This document shows, one piece after another, positions 53,795-63,434 of a stretch of DNA of 64,000 nucleotides. The stretch is taken from positions 643-64,642 of the forward strand of contig CANPVV010000003.1 of the NCBI GenBank assembly GCA_947581835.1. Reading direction: 5' to 3'. The first letter of the stretch is position 1, and the number at the start of each line of letters is the position of its first letter. The notes under the pieces are model-generated. The model made no database searches. It saw only the letters and a program-made list of their open reading frames with translations, and had not been told where the DNA came from. Source of the DNA: an uncultured Bacilli bacterium. GTDB lineage: Bacteria; Bacillota_I; Bacilli_A; RF39; UBA660. The translations under genes were made by a program, and so were the position numbers.

Positions 53795-56102
53795 ATTTAA
53801 AAATTAGTAAACTAACTAAAAAGAAAAACATACTTAACATACTTATCTTATGGTAAGCATTTAGACTGGTTAGAGGAACAGTTATTAGATGGCGATTGTT
53901 TAGAAGAATAGTAGTTTTAATACCATCTTTTATTTCGATAGGTATTTCTTCGGAATTTAGTTCATAATCAGTTAGAGTTAATAATTCTTTTAGATAGTAA
54001 TTGCCCACCTTTAGATTATCAATAGTGATTAGACCTTCTTCGTTAGTTATATATTCACCGATTAAATCTTTATCAGCATTATAAAGACCAAAATTGACAC
54101 CCGAGAGAGGTTCTTTGGTTAGTTCATCTTGTTTTTCGATAGTTAGAGAACCCATAAGAGGATAATTGTAAACAGTTAGTTTTACTTCTAAATTTTCTTT
54201 AGAAATAGTAAAGGTTAAAGGTTCTTCTAATATTTTATAGCCTTGGGGTGGAGTTATTTCTTCTAAAGAGTAGGTACCAAAAGGAATATTATCAAGAGTT
54301 AAAAGGCCATCAGTAAGTTCAAATAAAGTGGTACCATTGAGGCTTAAATATTCATTAGTTGTGGTGTTTTTGATTTTAAACGTAACTTGAGATGGAATAA
54401 GCTCATCGGTTTCTTTATCCCTTTTTTCAAGTGTTAGGCTCCCTTTCATTAAAGTGTTGTAAATAGTTAGTTCTACTTGCTCCCCTTCTTTGGTTATATT
54501 AAAAGTTATTGGTTCGTTAGTACTTAATTCATAGTTTGGGGGAATTTCAACTTCTTCAAGTAAATAGGTGCCATAAGGAATTTTGGAAAGCTCTAGCACT
54601 CCATTAGTTAGGTGGAAAGTATCCATACCAGAGATAGTTAAATATTGGTTGGTGGTTAAATTTTTGATTTTAAAAGCAACTGGTTCAGTTATTAATTCTT
54701 TAGTATCAAAATCTTTTTTAAATAGTTTTAGAGAGCCAGTAATTTCTTTATTTTTTAGAGTAAAATTTAGATATTCAGCACTATCTGGCGTAAGAGTAAA
54801 CTTAAAATCGGGCATTAGATTGTAGCCTTCGTTTCCCTTAGTTTGTTTTAAGAGATAGTTTCCTACCCATAACTGTAGAGAAAACTTACCAAATTCATTG
54901 GTTTTAAAAGTGGTTATAAGTTCATTGGTGTCTTCATTGTAAAGCTCAAATTCAGCATTAGGCTCTAAGTTGTAATCACCATTTAGATGGGCTAAGTATT
55001 TTTCAAAATTCACAGTTATTAGATAAGGGTCTTCAGGTAGTTTAATTTGGGTATCACTTGTAACATTAAAACAGATATACTCCGTATTTAGTTTATAACC
55101 ATATGGAGCTTTAGTTTCTTTTAAACAGTAATTGTTGGGTTCTAAATCTTCCATTAGAAACTCCCCTTTTTTATTGGTAGTAAGGGTGCGATAAACATTG
55201 GTTAAATCAGACTCATAATAAAGATTGTACTCGGCACCTTTTAAAGAAAGAGGAATAGAGGTAGAAGGTTCTTTTTTAGCAGTTACTTGAGGATTTCTGA
55301 TATTTAAATCAATATAGGTGTTGGTAAAAGAAAAATAACCACGACGCATTACAGCTTGAGTTTTACCATCATAAAATATTAATGGGTGTTTGTTAGTATC
55401 TAAGTTGTAGACTATATCAATACGATAGGAACCAGTTTTGTTAAAAGAGAGATTTAGAGTGTTGCCACTTGCATCAGCATTGATACTGCGATTGTCATAA
55501 GATAGTCTAAATCTATCTAAAACTTGATTAGAATCGGTTAAAGATAGAGTTTCATTGTAAAGAACATTGTAATCTATGGCTCCAAAATCTGGAGTGATAT
55601 TAGCAGTGGCTATATCAGTTTTTAAATCTGATAGTTCTTCTTCATATTTGGCAATTGGTTCTTCAGTGATGGGATCGATAAAATAAACCTCACCTATATC
55701 TTGAAGAAGATAGTCCCAAATAAGAAATTGGGTGGCAACATACCATTTAAGGTCGGTACGGTCATTGTGGCCATAACCAAAATAAGCAGCTTTAGTTATA
55801 TAATCCCAATCAGATTCAGTAACATTGATACCAACGTCTCTGATATCATAGTAGACCTCAAAATCTCCTTCTTCTAAAGGAATACCAGGCTCAATACAGT
55901 AAACTAATTCATCCGTGGTACTATCTTTAATTTCAAACATATCCTTTTTCTTGCCTTCAGGAAAACGAGGCGTTTTTAAAAATAGTTTGATATTAGGTAT
56001 AGGATCACCTAATTTGATATGATTAGTACTAGCTAGAATATTACTAGGAAAAAAGAAAAAAGTGAAAAGAAAAATTAAAGTAAGAAATATTTTTTTATAC
56101 AT
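53775..56102 (-). CDS. Cell-surface adhesin: N-terminal thioester domain, at least 5 SpaA/CnaB-type isopeptide repeats, C-terminal anchor
   Basis: Signal peptide. Thioester-domain motifs YCIE (VYCIEPG) and TQFLIW. Repeats of the type GSLTLEKRDKETDELIP..VTFKIKN....GTYSLEEITPPQGYK. The C-terminus is ..VPLTSLN.., then a hydrophobic segment, then KYAKK. Confidence 0.8.
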   Translation of the reverse strand: MYKKIFLTLIFLFTFFFFPSNILASTNHIKLGDPIPNIKLFLKTPRFPEGKKKDMFEIKDSTTDELVYCIEPGIPLEEGDFEVYYDIRDVGINVTESDWDYITKAAYFGYGHNDRTDLKWYVATQFLIWDYLLQDIGEVYFIDPITEEPIAKYEEELSDLKTDIATANITPDFGAIDYNVLYNETLSLTDSNQVLDRFRLSYDNRSINADASGNTLNLSFNKTGSYRIDIVYNLDTNKHPLIFYDGKTQAVMRRGYFSFTNTYIDLNIRNPQVTAKKEPSTSIPLSLKGAEYNLYYESDLTNVYRTLTTNKKGEFLMEDLEPNNYCLKETKAPYGYKLNTEYICFNVTSDTQIKLPEDPYLITVNFEKYLAHLNGDYNLEPNAEFELYNEDTNELITTFKTNEFGKFSLQLWVGNYLLKQTKGNEGYNLMPDFKFTLTPDSAEYLNFTLKNKEITGSLKLFKKDFDTKELITEPVAFKIKNLTTNQYLTISGMDTFHLTNGVLELSKIPYGTYLLEEVEIPPNYELSTNEPITFNITKEGEQVELTIYNTLMKGSLTLEKRDKETDELIPSQVTFKIKNTTTNEYLSLNGTTLFELTDGLLTLDNIPFGTYSLEEITPPQGYKILEEPLTFTISKENLEVKLTVYNYPLMGSLTIEKQDELTKEPLSGVNFGLYNADKDLIGEYITNEEGLITIDNLKVGNYYLKELLTLTDYELNSEEIPIEIKDGIKTTILLNNRHLITVPLTSLNAYHKISMLSMFFFLVSLLIFKYAKKLS

Positions 56103-56208
56103 AGATTAAAGATTTAAAAGTTCCGATAAAAAGAATAATTTGAGTGAATGCCTATACTATAGCACAACCATCCTTATTTGTAAATATTTTTTTATTTTGG
56201 GGGTTATT

Positions 56209-57093
56209 TTAGGAGTTTAGATATTTTTTAGTGGTTAGTTTATTAATAATAGGAATTAAAAGACTGGTAAATAAAAGACTGATAAATGGAGCTTCATAAA
56301 TGTTTACTAAGATTAAAAGACTGGTTATAATACCATTTAAAAGACCATAAATAAGCATCCCTTTTTTAGTGTAGGGGGTTAGATAAAAATCAGGGGTTAA
56401 AAAGATAAAACAGAAATAGATATGGCCTGATAGTAATAGGTGAAGGTAGGTTGGATTTTGAGTGGTTAAAAAGAAGAGTAAAATAAGAGTTAGATAAGAT
56501 AGAATAGAGGTTAGAGAAATAGTTTTTTTATAGTATTTGTTGGATAGTAAGATAGCGAGACTGATAGTTAAAAGTAAAGTACTGGTACTAGCTATTCCAC
56601 CAATATTAAAACCACAGAAAATATCAAAATAGTTAAAGTTAAATTTAGAGAGTTTTTCGCCAATATTTAAGTAAGAGTAAGAATTAAATAATAGAGCTAA
56701 AAGAAGAAAAAGACGAATTAAAGCATTGGAATTAAATTTTAAGGGGTATTTTAAAGTTAGATATTTCGTAATAAAGGTTAGAATAAAGAGAAGAATGGGA
56801 AAGATTAGATAGTTGGTATTTAAAGAGATAGTTGAGGTAATTAAAAGAGAGGTTAAGATATTGAGACTGGAGTTTTCATGAAAAATTAGGCTTATAATAA
56901 AACCATTTAGAATACTTATTAAATAAAAATAAAGTAGTGGAATTAAGCTAGTTGGTTTTACTAAATCATTAGATATTAAAAATAAAGCATTTTTATAGAA
57001 ACTAAAAAGAAGAAGAGGAATTAAAGCAAAATAATAGCTTTTGATTAAACTTTTAAAATCTTTTTTAGAATGAAGAGGAAGGTTATGAGACAT
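56209..57093 (-). CDS. RnfD/NqrB-like polytopic membrane protein (divergent)
   Basis: The N-terminus LPLHSKKDFKSLIKSYYFALIPLLLFSFY parallels RnfD (SPHIRSK....M..V..ALLP......YFFG). It is translationally coupled to the rnfC-like gene. Confidence 0.5.
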   Translation of the reverse strand: MSHNLPLHSKKDFKSLIKSYYFALIPLLLFSFYKNALFLISNDLVKPTSLIPLLYFYLISILNGFIISLIFHENSSLNILTSLLITSTISLNTNYLIFPILLFILTFITKYLTLKYPLKFNSNALIRLFLLLALLFNSYSYLNIGEKLSKFNFNYFDIFCGFNIGGIASTSTLLLTISLAILLSNKYYKKTISLTSILSYLTLILLFFLTTQNPTYLHLLLSGHIYFCFIFLTPDFYLTPYTKKGMLIYGLLNGIITSLLILVNIYEAPFISLLFTSLLIPIINKLTTKKYLNS

Positions 57094-58243
57094 TGTTTTC
57101 AGCTCCTTTTAAATATTTATTAAAGTTTATGTAGACAGGACAGATATATGAGCAAAGTCCACAGTTTAGACATTTTTCGCGATTTTTAGCTAAATATTGG
57201 GGATTTTTTAGAAGAAGAGGATTTAAGTTTTTAGGACAGACTTCAAGACATAAGCCACAGTTTAGACACTTACCCTCCTTGGTTTCTTTTTTTTCAGTAA
57301 TAATAATACTGTGGATATCTTCGGTAATAATAAATTTGCTTAAATCCATGATTTTTCCAGACATAAGACCATTAATATAAAAGTCTTTCTCTCCTTCTTC
57401 AAGTTCTATTAAATTTTTTATTAAAGGCTCTGCTAAAACCCCTATTTTGGTTTGAATAATAGAAGGATTTTTAAGCATAGGACCACTTATAGTTATTAAT
57501 TCGGTATTTTTTTGACGATTTCTTTTAACTAAATTATAGATATGATAAAAAGTACTTGCTTTAATTACAAGAGATTCAGCAGGATTTAAATTTAGATATT
57601 TAAGTAAAAACTCATCATGACCTAAAAGATAGAGATTAGGAATAATTTGGAGATTAATTAAAGGATACATACCAAGACACTCTAAAAGTTTGTTAATATT
57701 TTCACTGCTGGTTGATTTAACGGCAAGAGTAATACTGGTAATATTAAAAGTTTTAGAGAGTTTATCTAGTAGTTCTAAGAAACCTTCATAGTATAAAAGT
57801 AAATAAAAGTTTTCAGTTAAAACATAGGGTTCATCATCAAGACAGTTTAAAACTAGTGAGGTTTTATTCGTTAAATCTAGGTCATATTCTTGTTTTAAGA
57901 GTTTAGCAAAAGCTTCTTTATTTAGATTGTTTAAAGTTATTTTGTGGGTGGGGGCTAGTTTTTTAGTTTCTTTAAAATCATTTTTAATTTCTAAGGCTGA
58001 TAGTTTGCCATTTAGAGTAGTAACACTTTTTAGACCAGTGATAGTTCCTGAGATCGGTGAGGTATAAGACTTTACATGGTTGGTTAAAATGATATCACCA
58101 ATACTTACGTGTTTATTTTGACTTACAACAATTTGGTAGTTAGGATGCAAAGGAATATAGACATAATCAGGAGAATTATACTCTAAAATAGTATGAGAAA
58201 CTAAAATATTGTCATCTTTATCTAGTTCTAAGAGCTTTTCCAT
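57083..58243 (-). CDS. RnfC-like protein with two 4Fe-4S ferredoxin motifs
   Basis: The RnfC-type N-terminal barrel region (VSIGDIIL....SPISGTITGL) is followed by CLNCGLCLEVCP and CLNCGLCSYICP. Confidence 0.65.
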   Translation of the reverse strand: MEKLLELDKDDNILVSHTILEYNSPDYVYIPLHPNYQIVVSQNKHVSIGDIILTNHVKSYTSPISGTITGLKSVTTLNGKLSALEIKNDFKETKKLAPTHKITLNNLNKEAFAKLLKQEYDLDLTNKTSLVLNCLDDEPYVLTENFYLLLYYEGFLELLDKLSKTFNITSITLAVKSTSSENINKLLECLGMYPLINLQIIPNLYLLGHDEFLLKYLNLNPAESLVIKASTFYHIYNLVKRNRQKNTELITISGPMLKNPSIIQTKIGVLAEPLIKNLIELEEGEKDFYINGLMSGKIMDLSKFIITEDIHSIIITEKKETKEGKCLNCGLCLEVCPKNLNPLLLKNPQYLAKNREKCLNCGLCSYICPVYINFNKYLKGAENNVS

Positions 58244-58333
58244 ATATAGCCTACTTTCCTTTTAACTTTTATTTTTACTAGTAATTTAATTATACTAAAT
58301 CATTTTAGGAATTGCAACAACTCTAAAAATTTT

Positions 58334-58374
58334 CAAAGAAAAAGAACAAAAGTTATTTAGAATTTTTTTGTTCT
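58334..58374 (-). terminator. Terminator overlapping the uvrC stop
   Basis: Stem AGAACAAAA (58343-58351)/TTTTGTTCT (58366-58374). On the minus strand it is followed by TTTTCTTTG. Confidence 0.4.
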
Positions 58375-60137
58375 TCTTTTAAATTATTTAGATATTCTTG
58401 AAGATTTAGAGCAACAGATTCAGGAAGAATTTTAGTTAGTTCTTCTAGGGGAGCAGTGCGAATTTTGGTGATACTCCCAAATGTTTTAATAAGCTCTTTT
58501 TTACGTTTAGCCCCTATTCCTTCAATATTATCTAAGACACTTGAGATAGCACCTTTACTCCTAATGGTGCGATGGTAACTTATGGTGTAGCGATGGACTT
58601 CATCTTGCATTCGAGTTAAATAATGGAAAACCGCGCTCGATTTTTCAAGAGGAATTACAGCATAATTAAGAGAATCAATTAAATCATTGGTCCGGTGTTT
58701 ATCATTTTTTCTTAAACCACAGACACGAATATTAAGATTTAGTTCATTTAGAATATTTAGACAGGCATTGATTTGATTGATACCACCATCGACTATAATT
58801 AAATCGGGAAGTTCAGTTTTTTCGAGTAAAGCCCGGTAATAACGGCGATAGATAACTTCTTCCATAGTATGGTAATCATCATTTTTATCTAAACTAATTT
58901 TGTATTTGCGATATTCTTTTTTAGCTGGACGACCATTTTTAAAGACAACCATACAGCTTACGGTGAAGGAACCAAAAAGATTGGAGTTATCAAATAAATC
59001 TATACGGTCTAATTTAGGGAGGTTTAAGAGTTCTTTTAATTCAGTATTTGCAAGTTCGGTTTTAGCTTCATCTTTTTCAATTATTTCTAGTTCATTTTCA
59101 AGATTTATTTTTGCATTGGAGTTAGCCATAGTAACTAAATTTTTCTTTTTCCCCTTCTTTGGAACAACAAACTTAGTTTTAAGAATTTCAGTTAAAATTG
59201 GAGTATTAATATTTTCGGGACATAATATTTCTTGAGGGATTTCATGACGGGAATAAAAATTCATAATGTAGTAATCAAGTTCATCAAAAACGTCACTTAC
59301 AATCGGGAATATGTTGGAGTGACCACCTACCATACGACCATTGCGAAGGAAAAGAATTTCAATACTTAAGTGGCCTTTATCAAAATAATAACCTATACAA
59401 TCACGATTAACAAAGTCATGAAGTTCCATTTTTTGTTTATCTAAGATAATACTTATATAGTTTAATTCTTTTTTAAGTTCTAAAGCCATTTCAAAATTTA
59501 AGTTTTTACTATACATTTCCATTTTAGAGATTATTTTATTTTTTAGAATATCGCCATTGCCTTTTAAAAAGCTGATAATTTCATCTTCCATTTGTTTAAG
59601 TTTAAGTTCGTCAACATGGTGTTCACAGTAACCAAGACATTCACCAATATGATAGTAAAGACAAACTTTTTTGGGCATAATATCACATTTTTTTAAAGGA
59701 TACAAGCGGTTAATTAAAGAGACAATACGTCTTGCAGCATAAGCATTTGGGTAAGGACCGAAAAGCATTTTTTTATCTTTTTTCTTAATATTTAGATAAC
59801 GAGAAACTTTAAGTTTAGGGTAGGGTTTACTAATATATTCAATATAGGGATAGCTTTTATCGTCTTTTAAGAGAATATTGTATTTGGGGTCATAGTGCTT
59901 AATTAAATTGAATTCTAATAAGAAAGCTTCAAGTTCAGAAGAGGCAACAATATATTCAAAATCAGCGATTTCACTAACCATTTTGGCAGTTTTACCAGTA
60001 TGAGGACGATTAAAATAGGAATTAACACGTTTTTTTAAGTCTTTAGCTTTACCTACATAGATGATGGTACCTTCACTATTTTTCATTTGATAAGAACCAG
60101 GTAAATGAGGAATTAGTTTTAGTTTATCTTTAAGCAT
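58353..60137 (-). CDS. uvrC: Excinuclease ABC subunit C
   Basis: GIY-YIG N-terminus (GSYQMKNSEGTIIYVGKAKDLKKRVNSY), a UVR domain, an endonuclease domain and C-terminal (HhH)2. Confidence 0.96.
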   Translation of the reverse strand: MLKDKLKLIPHLPGSYQMKNSEGTIIYVGKAKDLKKRVNSYFNRPHTGKTAKMVSEIADFEYIVASSELEAFLLEFNLIKHYDPKYNILLKDDKSYPYIEYISKPYPKLKVSRYLNIKKKDKKMLFGPYPNAYAARRIVSLINRLYPLKKCDIMPKKVCLYYHIGECLGYCEHHVDELKLKQMEDEIISFLKGNGDILKNKIISKMEMYSKNLNFEMALELKKELNYISIILDKQKMELHDFVNRDCIGYYFDKGHLSIEILFLRNGRMVGGHSNIFPIVSDVFDELDYYIMNFYSRHEIPQEILCPENINTPILTEILKTKFVVPKKGKKKNLVTMANSNAKINLENELEIIEKDEAKTELANTELKELLNLPKLDRIDLFDNSNLFGSFTVSCMVVFKNGRPAKKEYRKYKISLDKNDDYHTMEEVIYRRYYRALLEKTELPDLIIVDGGINQINACLNILNELNLNIRVCGLRKNDKHRTNDLIDSLNYAVIPLEKSSAVFHYLTRMQDEVHRYTISYHRTIRSKGAISSVLDNIEGIGAKRKKELIKTFGSITKIRTAPLEELTKILPESVALNLQEYLNNLKEEQKNSK

Positions 60138-60211
60138 AATGGCATCACCTATTAATATTATACTACAAATTTGAGAAATTTTAAGGTATAATTAGAGAGG
60201 TGAAGATAAAA

Positions 60212-60568
60212 ATGCTTAGAAATACATATACTTTGGAAGTTAAAAAATCGAAATTTATTGCTTATTGTTATGAAGTAGAAAATACAGATGAGGTTAAAAA
60301 TATTTTGGATAATTTAAAAAAAGAACATAAGAAAGCAAGACATTTTTCTTATGCTTATAAGATAGATAATTTAGTGAAAAAAAGTGATGATAAAGAGCCA
60401 AAAAATACTGCGGGATTACCAATTTATAATGTAATTATTAAAAATGATTTAAATAAGATTTTAATTGTAGTTGTAAGATACTTTGGAGGAATTAAACTAG
60501 GGGTTGGAGGTTTATTTAGAGCTTATAGTAATTGTGCTAGTTTAGTGGTTAAAGACTATCAAAAATAA
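60212..60568 (+). CDS. IMPACT/YigZ-family N-terminal domain protein (short form)
   Basis: The patterns KKSKFIAY...ARH.SYAY....DDKEPKNTAGLPI and VVVRYFGGIKLGVGGLFRAY match the YigZ/UPF0029 core. ATG 60212 follows a GAGAGGTGA RBS. Confidence 0.75.
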   Translation: MLRNTYTLEVKKSKFIAYCYEVENTDEVKNILDNLKKEHKKARHFSYAYKIDNLVKKSDDKEPKNTAGLPIYNVIIKNDLNKILIVVVRYFGGIKLGVGGLFRAYSNCASLVVKDYQK

Positions 60569-60695
60569 TATGATCTTTGGTTACCGGTTTTTTGTTTTCA
60601 ATTACTTTAACATAGTTACCAATTATACCGGCAGTACCAATAGTTACTCCTAAAAATAAAACTATACTAATTAATAATTTTTCATAAAAATGCAT
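60549..60695 (-). CDS. Possible small membrane peptide (48 aa), below the ORF-track cutoff
   Basis: Minus-strand ATG at 60695 after an AGGTGAT RBS. The peptide is MHFYEKLLISIVLFLGVTIGTAGIIGNYVKVIENKKPVTKDHIIFDSL. It overlaps the 3' end of the convergent yigZ-like gene by 20 nt. Confidence 0.3.
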   Translation of the reverse strand: MHFYEKLLISIVLFLGVTIGTAGIIGNYVKVIENKKPVTKDHIIFDSL

Positions 60696-60880
60696 AAGTA
60701 TCACCTATTTATTAGTATAGCAGAAAATAGAAAAATAACCAAGAAAAAATAGTGGATTTGACACTACTTTTTTAGTTTTGTAATTTAAAATACTTTTTAA
60801 TTATTTGGTATACTTTTATTTAATTTTAATATTTAAGAATTATTTAAAAATTAAATTAGAATATTTTAAATAATTTTATT

Positions 60881-61801
60881 TTAGCCCATTACTTCGCCAC
60901 CATTGTTATGGATTACTTGACCGGTTACATAACTAGAATCGTCGCTTGCTAGAAAGACAAAAGTTGGGGCTAATTCATAAGGCATTGCTCCCCTTGCCAT
61001 AGCGGAGTCAGCACCTAAAGAAGGTATTTTTTCTTTTACCCAACAAGCCGGTTGTAATGGAGTCCAATAAAAACCAGGGGCTATGGCATTTACGCGAATG
61101 TTTTTTAGAGCTAAACTACGAGCTAGGGCTCTTGTAAAACCTACAATGGCTCCTTTGGTTGTAACATAATCAATTAATTCTGGTTCACCATAAAAAGTGG
61201 TTACAGAAGAAAGATTGATTATAGAACCTCCAGATTTTAGGTATGGTAAAACTTCTTTGGTTAGATAAAACATTCCATAAATGTTTACTTTCATAGTACG
61301 GTCAAATTGTTCATCCGAAATACATTCTAAACTTTTAGACTGGTATTGAACTCCAGCATTGTTTACTAAGATATCTATTTTACCAAATTTTTCTAAAGTG
61401 CATTTGACTATTTTTTTACTGAAAGATTTATCAGCTAAGTCACCGGATATTAAAAGACACTCCCCTCCCATTTTTTCAATGTATTCTTTAGTAGTTAGAG
61501 CATCTTGGTGTTCATTATAATAAGGAATTACAACTTTTGCACCTTCTTTTACAAACGCTATAGCGCACGCTTTTCCTAAACCAGAATCACCACCAGTAAT
61601 TATGGCAACTTTATCTTTTAGTTTGTTAGAACCTTTATATTCGGGATTATCAAATATTGGTAAAGGTTCCATCAGATATTCCATACCTGGTTGGTCTTTT
61701 TGTTCTTGTTCAGGAGCTAGTATTTTAAATTCTTTTATTTCTAAACCTTTGGTACCAAAATATTTAAAGGCTTTATTTCCAAATTTATAATCATATTCCA
61801 T
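60881..61801 (-). CDS. SDR-family oxidoreductase (YhdF/YghA-like)
   Basis: Cofactor motif TGGDSGLG, NNAG, and a catalytic Y...K region. N-terminal extension typical of general-stress SDRs. Confidence 0.88.
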   Translation of the reverse strand: MEYDYKFGNKAFKYFGTKGLEIKEFKILAPEQEQKDQPGMEYLMEPLPIFDNPEYKGSNKLKDKVAIITGGDSGLGKACAIAFVKEGAKVVIPYYNEHQDALTTKEYIEKMGGECLLISGDLADKSFSKKIVKCTLEKFGKIDILVNNAGVQYQSKSLECISDEQFDRTMKVNIYGMFYLTKEVLPYLKSGGSIINLSSVTTFYGEPELIDYVTTKGAIVGFTRALARSLALKNIRVNAIAPGFYWTPLQPACWVKEKIPSLGADSAMARGAMPYELAPTFVFLASDDSSYVTGQVIHNNGGEVMG

Positions 61802-62006
61802 AAATTAAAATCACTTCCTGTTATAATTTATGATTAAAACCTAAATATGGTACAGATAACTTTGTTTAATAATTGGGTAAAATGGGTAATTAAAGAATAA
61901 TAGGTCTTTAAAACAAATATCAATTAGTTAGTGATAATTTTTATTAAAAAAATATTAATTTACTATTCGTAGTAGAAATGCTATAATAACAAACAGGAGG
62001 CAAAAT

Positions 62007-62597
62007 ATGAGTTTTGATAGAACATTGGCAATGATAATGGCAAAAAATGGATGCAAAGTAATTCCTGGCAATATACCTGGTAATATATCGCCAGATATTG
62101 AATGGATTAAATGGTTAACTTATGAGCCAGAATTTGAAAAGAAAAGAATTGAATATTTGAATTCGAAAAAAATAGCAGATTTAACTTATGAAGAACTTGA
62201 AGAAGCTTTAATATATAAAAGAAATCAAACATTGGCAAGGTTGTTTAAATTATATGGGACAAGAGATTGTACCGAAGAAGATTGTTTAAAAGTATATGAT
62301 TATATGTGTAATGAAAACATTGAAGATTTAATGTTAAGTAAATTGACTTCAAAAGAATTGAAATATGCAAAACAAGAAATAATTAGATTAAGTAAACTAC
62401 CTAAAGAACAATTAAATATTAAAGTAAAAGAAGAACAAAAGCCGAAAAATTATGAGAAATTATCGATGGTAGATTCTTATATATTGCATATTATATCTGA
62501 TATTAATTATAAAAGAAATATTAATACATTAAGTGAGAATATTAACAAACAATTAGAACAAAATGAAATTACAAGAAAAAGAAGTTTAAATAACTAA
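62007..62597 (+). CDS. Hypothetical protein (196 aa)
   Basis: ORF with a CAGGAGG RBS. No family recognised. Confidence 0.5.
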   Translation: MSFDRTLAMIMAKNGCKVIPGNIPGNISPDIEWIKWLTYEPEFEKKRIEYLNSKKIADLTYEELEEALIYKRNQTLARLFKLYGTRDCTEEDCLKVYDYMCNENIEDLMLSKLTSKELKYAKQEIIRLSKLPKEQLNIKVKEEQKPKNYEKLSMVDSYILHIISDINYKRNINTLSENINKQLEQNEITRKRSLNN

Positions 62598-62614
62598 TTA
62601 AGGAGGAATTGGTT

Positions 62615-63253
62615 GTGACAAAATTAATAGATATTAAGGGTTATTGGAATATGGATTACAGTGGAGATTTTAACAACAAAGATATGTGGGAAGGCCAAAT
62701 ATTATTACAGGAAGATGGGTGGTTTGAAGGTATAGTTTTGGATACTAATAGCTCTCAGAAAAAAGATAGATTTATATTTGGAGTTTATTTCCCTGAAAAA
62801 GTTATTAGATTATTTAGGCTGACTCCCTTAAATGTTTATGATGGAACTAAATATTATAAAGGTTATGATGGTGAAATTAAAACGATTGGGCTATTTGGGA
62901 CTATGCCTTGTGGTAATTCACATATAGTTACCCAAGAAACTCTTGAAATTAAGCAGGATATTAAGGAAGACGTCCTAAAATTAGAAGCAAAAATTCAAAG
63001 ATATAAAAATACTATGATGGATAAAACGGGTAAAGAGTTTTATGAAAATTCTATAGCTATAAGAAAAACTTTGACTCAATCAATACTTAGAAATTATGAA
63101 GGAAGAGGATTTACTAAAGCAGAAATTGAGGAATTAAAAAAAGAATTTGAACCGGTTAATGAGAGAATTTTCCAATCAAATAGAAATGAAGTTCAAAAAC
63201 TGGTTAGGACAATATCAGATGATATTTATGATGATGAAGATTTACCTTTTTAG
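62615..63253 (+). CDS. Hypothetical protein (~212 aa)
   Basis: An AAGGAGG RBS at 62601-62607 favours GTG 62615 over TTG 62609. The gene begins 12-18 nt after the preceding stop. No family recognised. Confidence 0.5.
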   Translation: MTKLIDIKGYWNMDYSGDFNNKDMWEGQILLQEDGWFEGIVLDTNSSQKKDRFIFGVYFPEKVIRLFRLTPLNVYDGTKYYKGYDGEIKTIGLFGTMPCGNSHIVTQETLEIKQDIKEDVLKLEAKIQRYKNTMMDKTGKEFYENSIAIRKTLTQSILRNYEGRGFTKAEIEELKKEFEPVNERIFQSNRNEVQKLVRTISDDIYDDEDLPF

Positions 63254-63434
63254 AATATGATTTTAAATTAATAAACACCCATAAAAAATATTAATAGAAA
63301 AGAAATATAATTTTAAAAGAAAAAAGATACCTTTTTAGTATCTATTTAATAAACATGGCATCGCCAAAAGAGAAGAAACGATAATTATTTTTAATGTTTT
63401 TTTCAATATGGAGTCAAATAATTTTGATTAGAAT

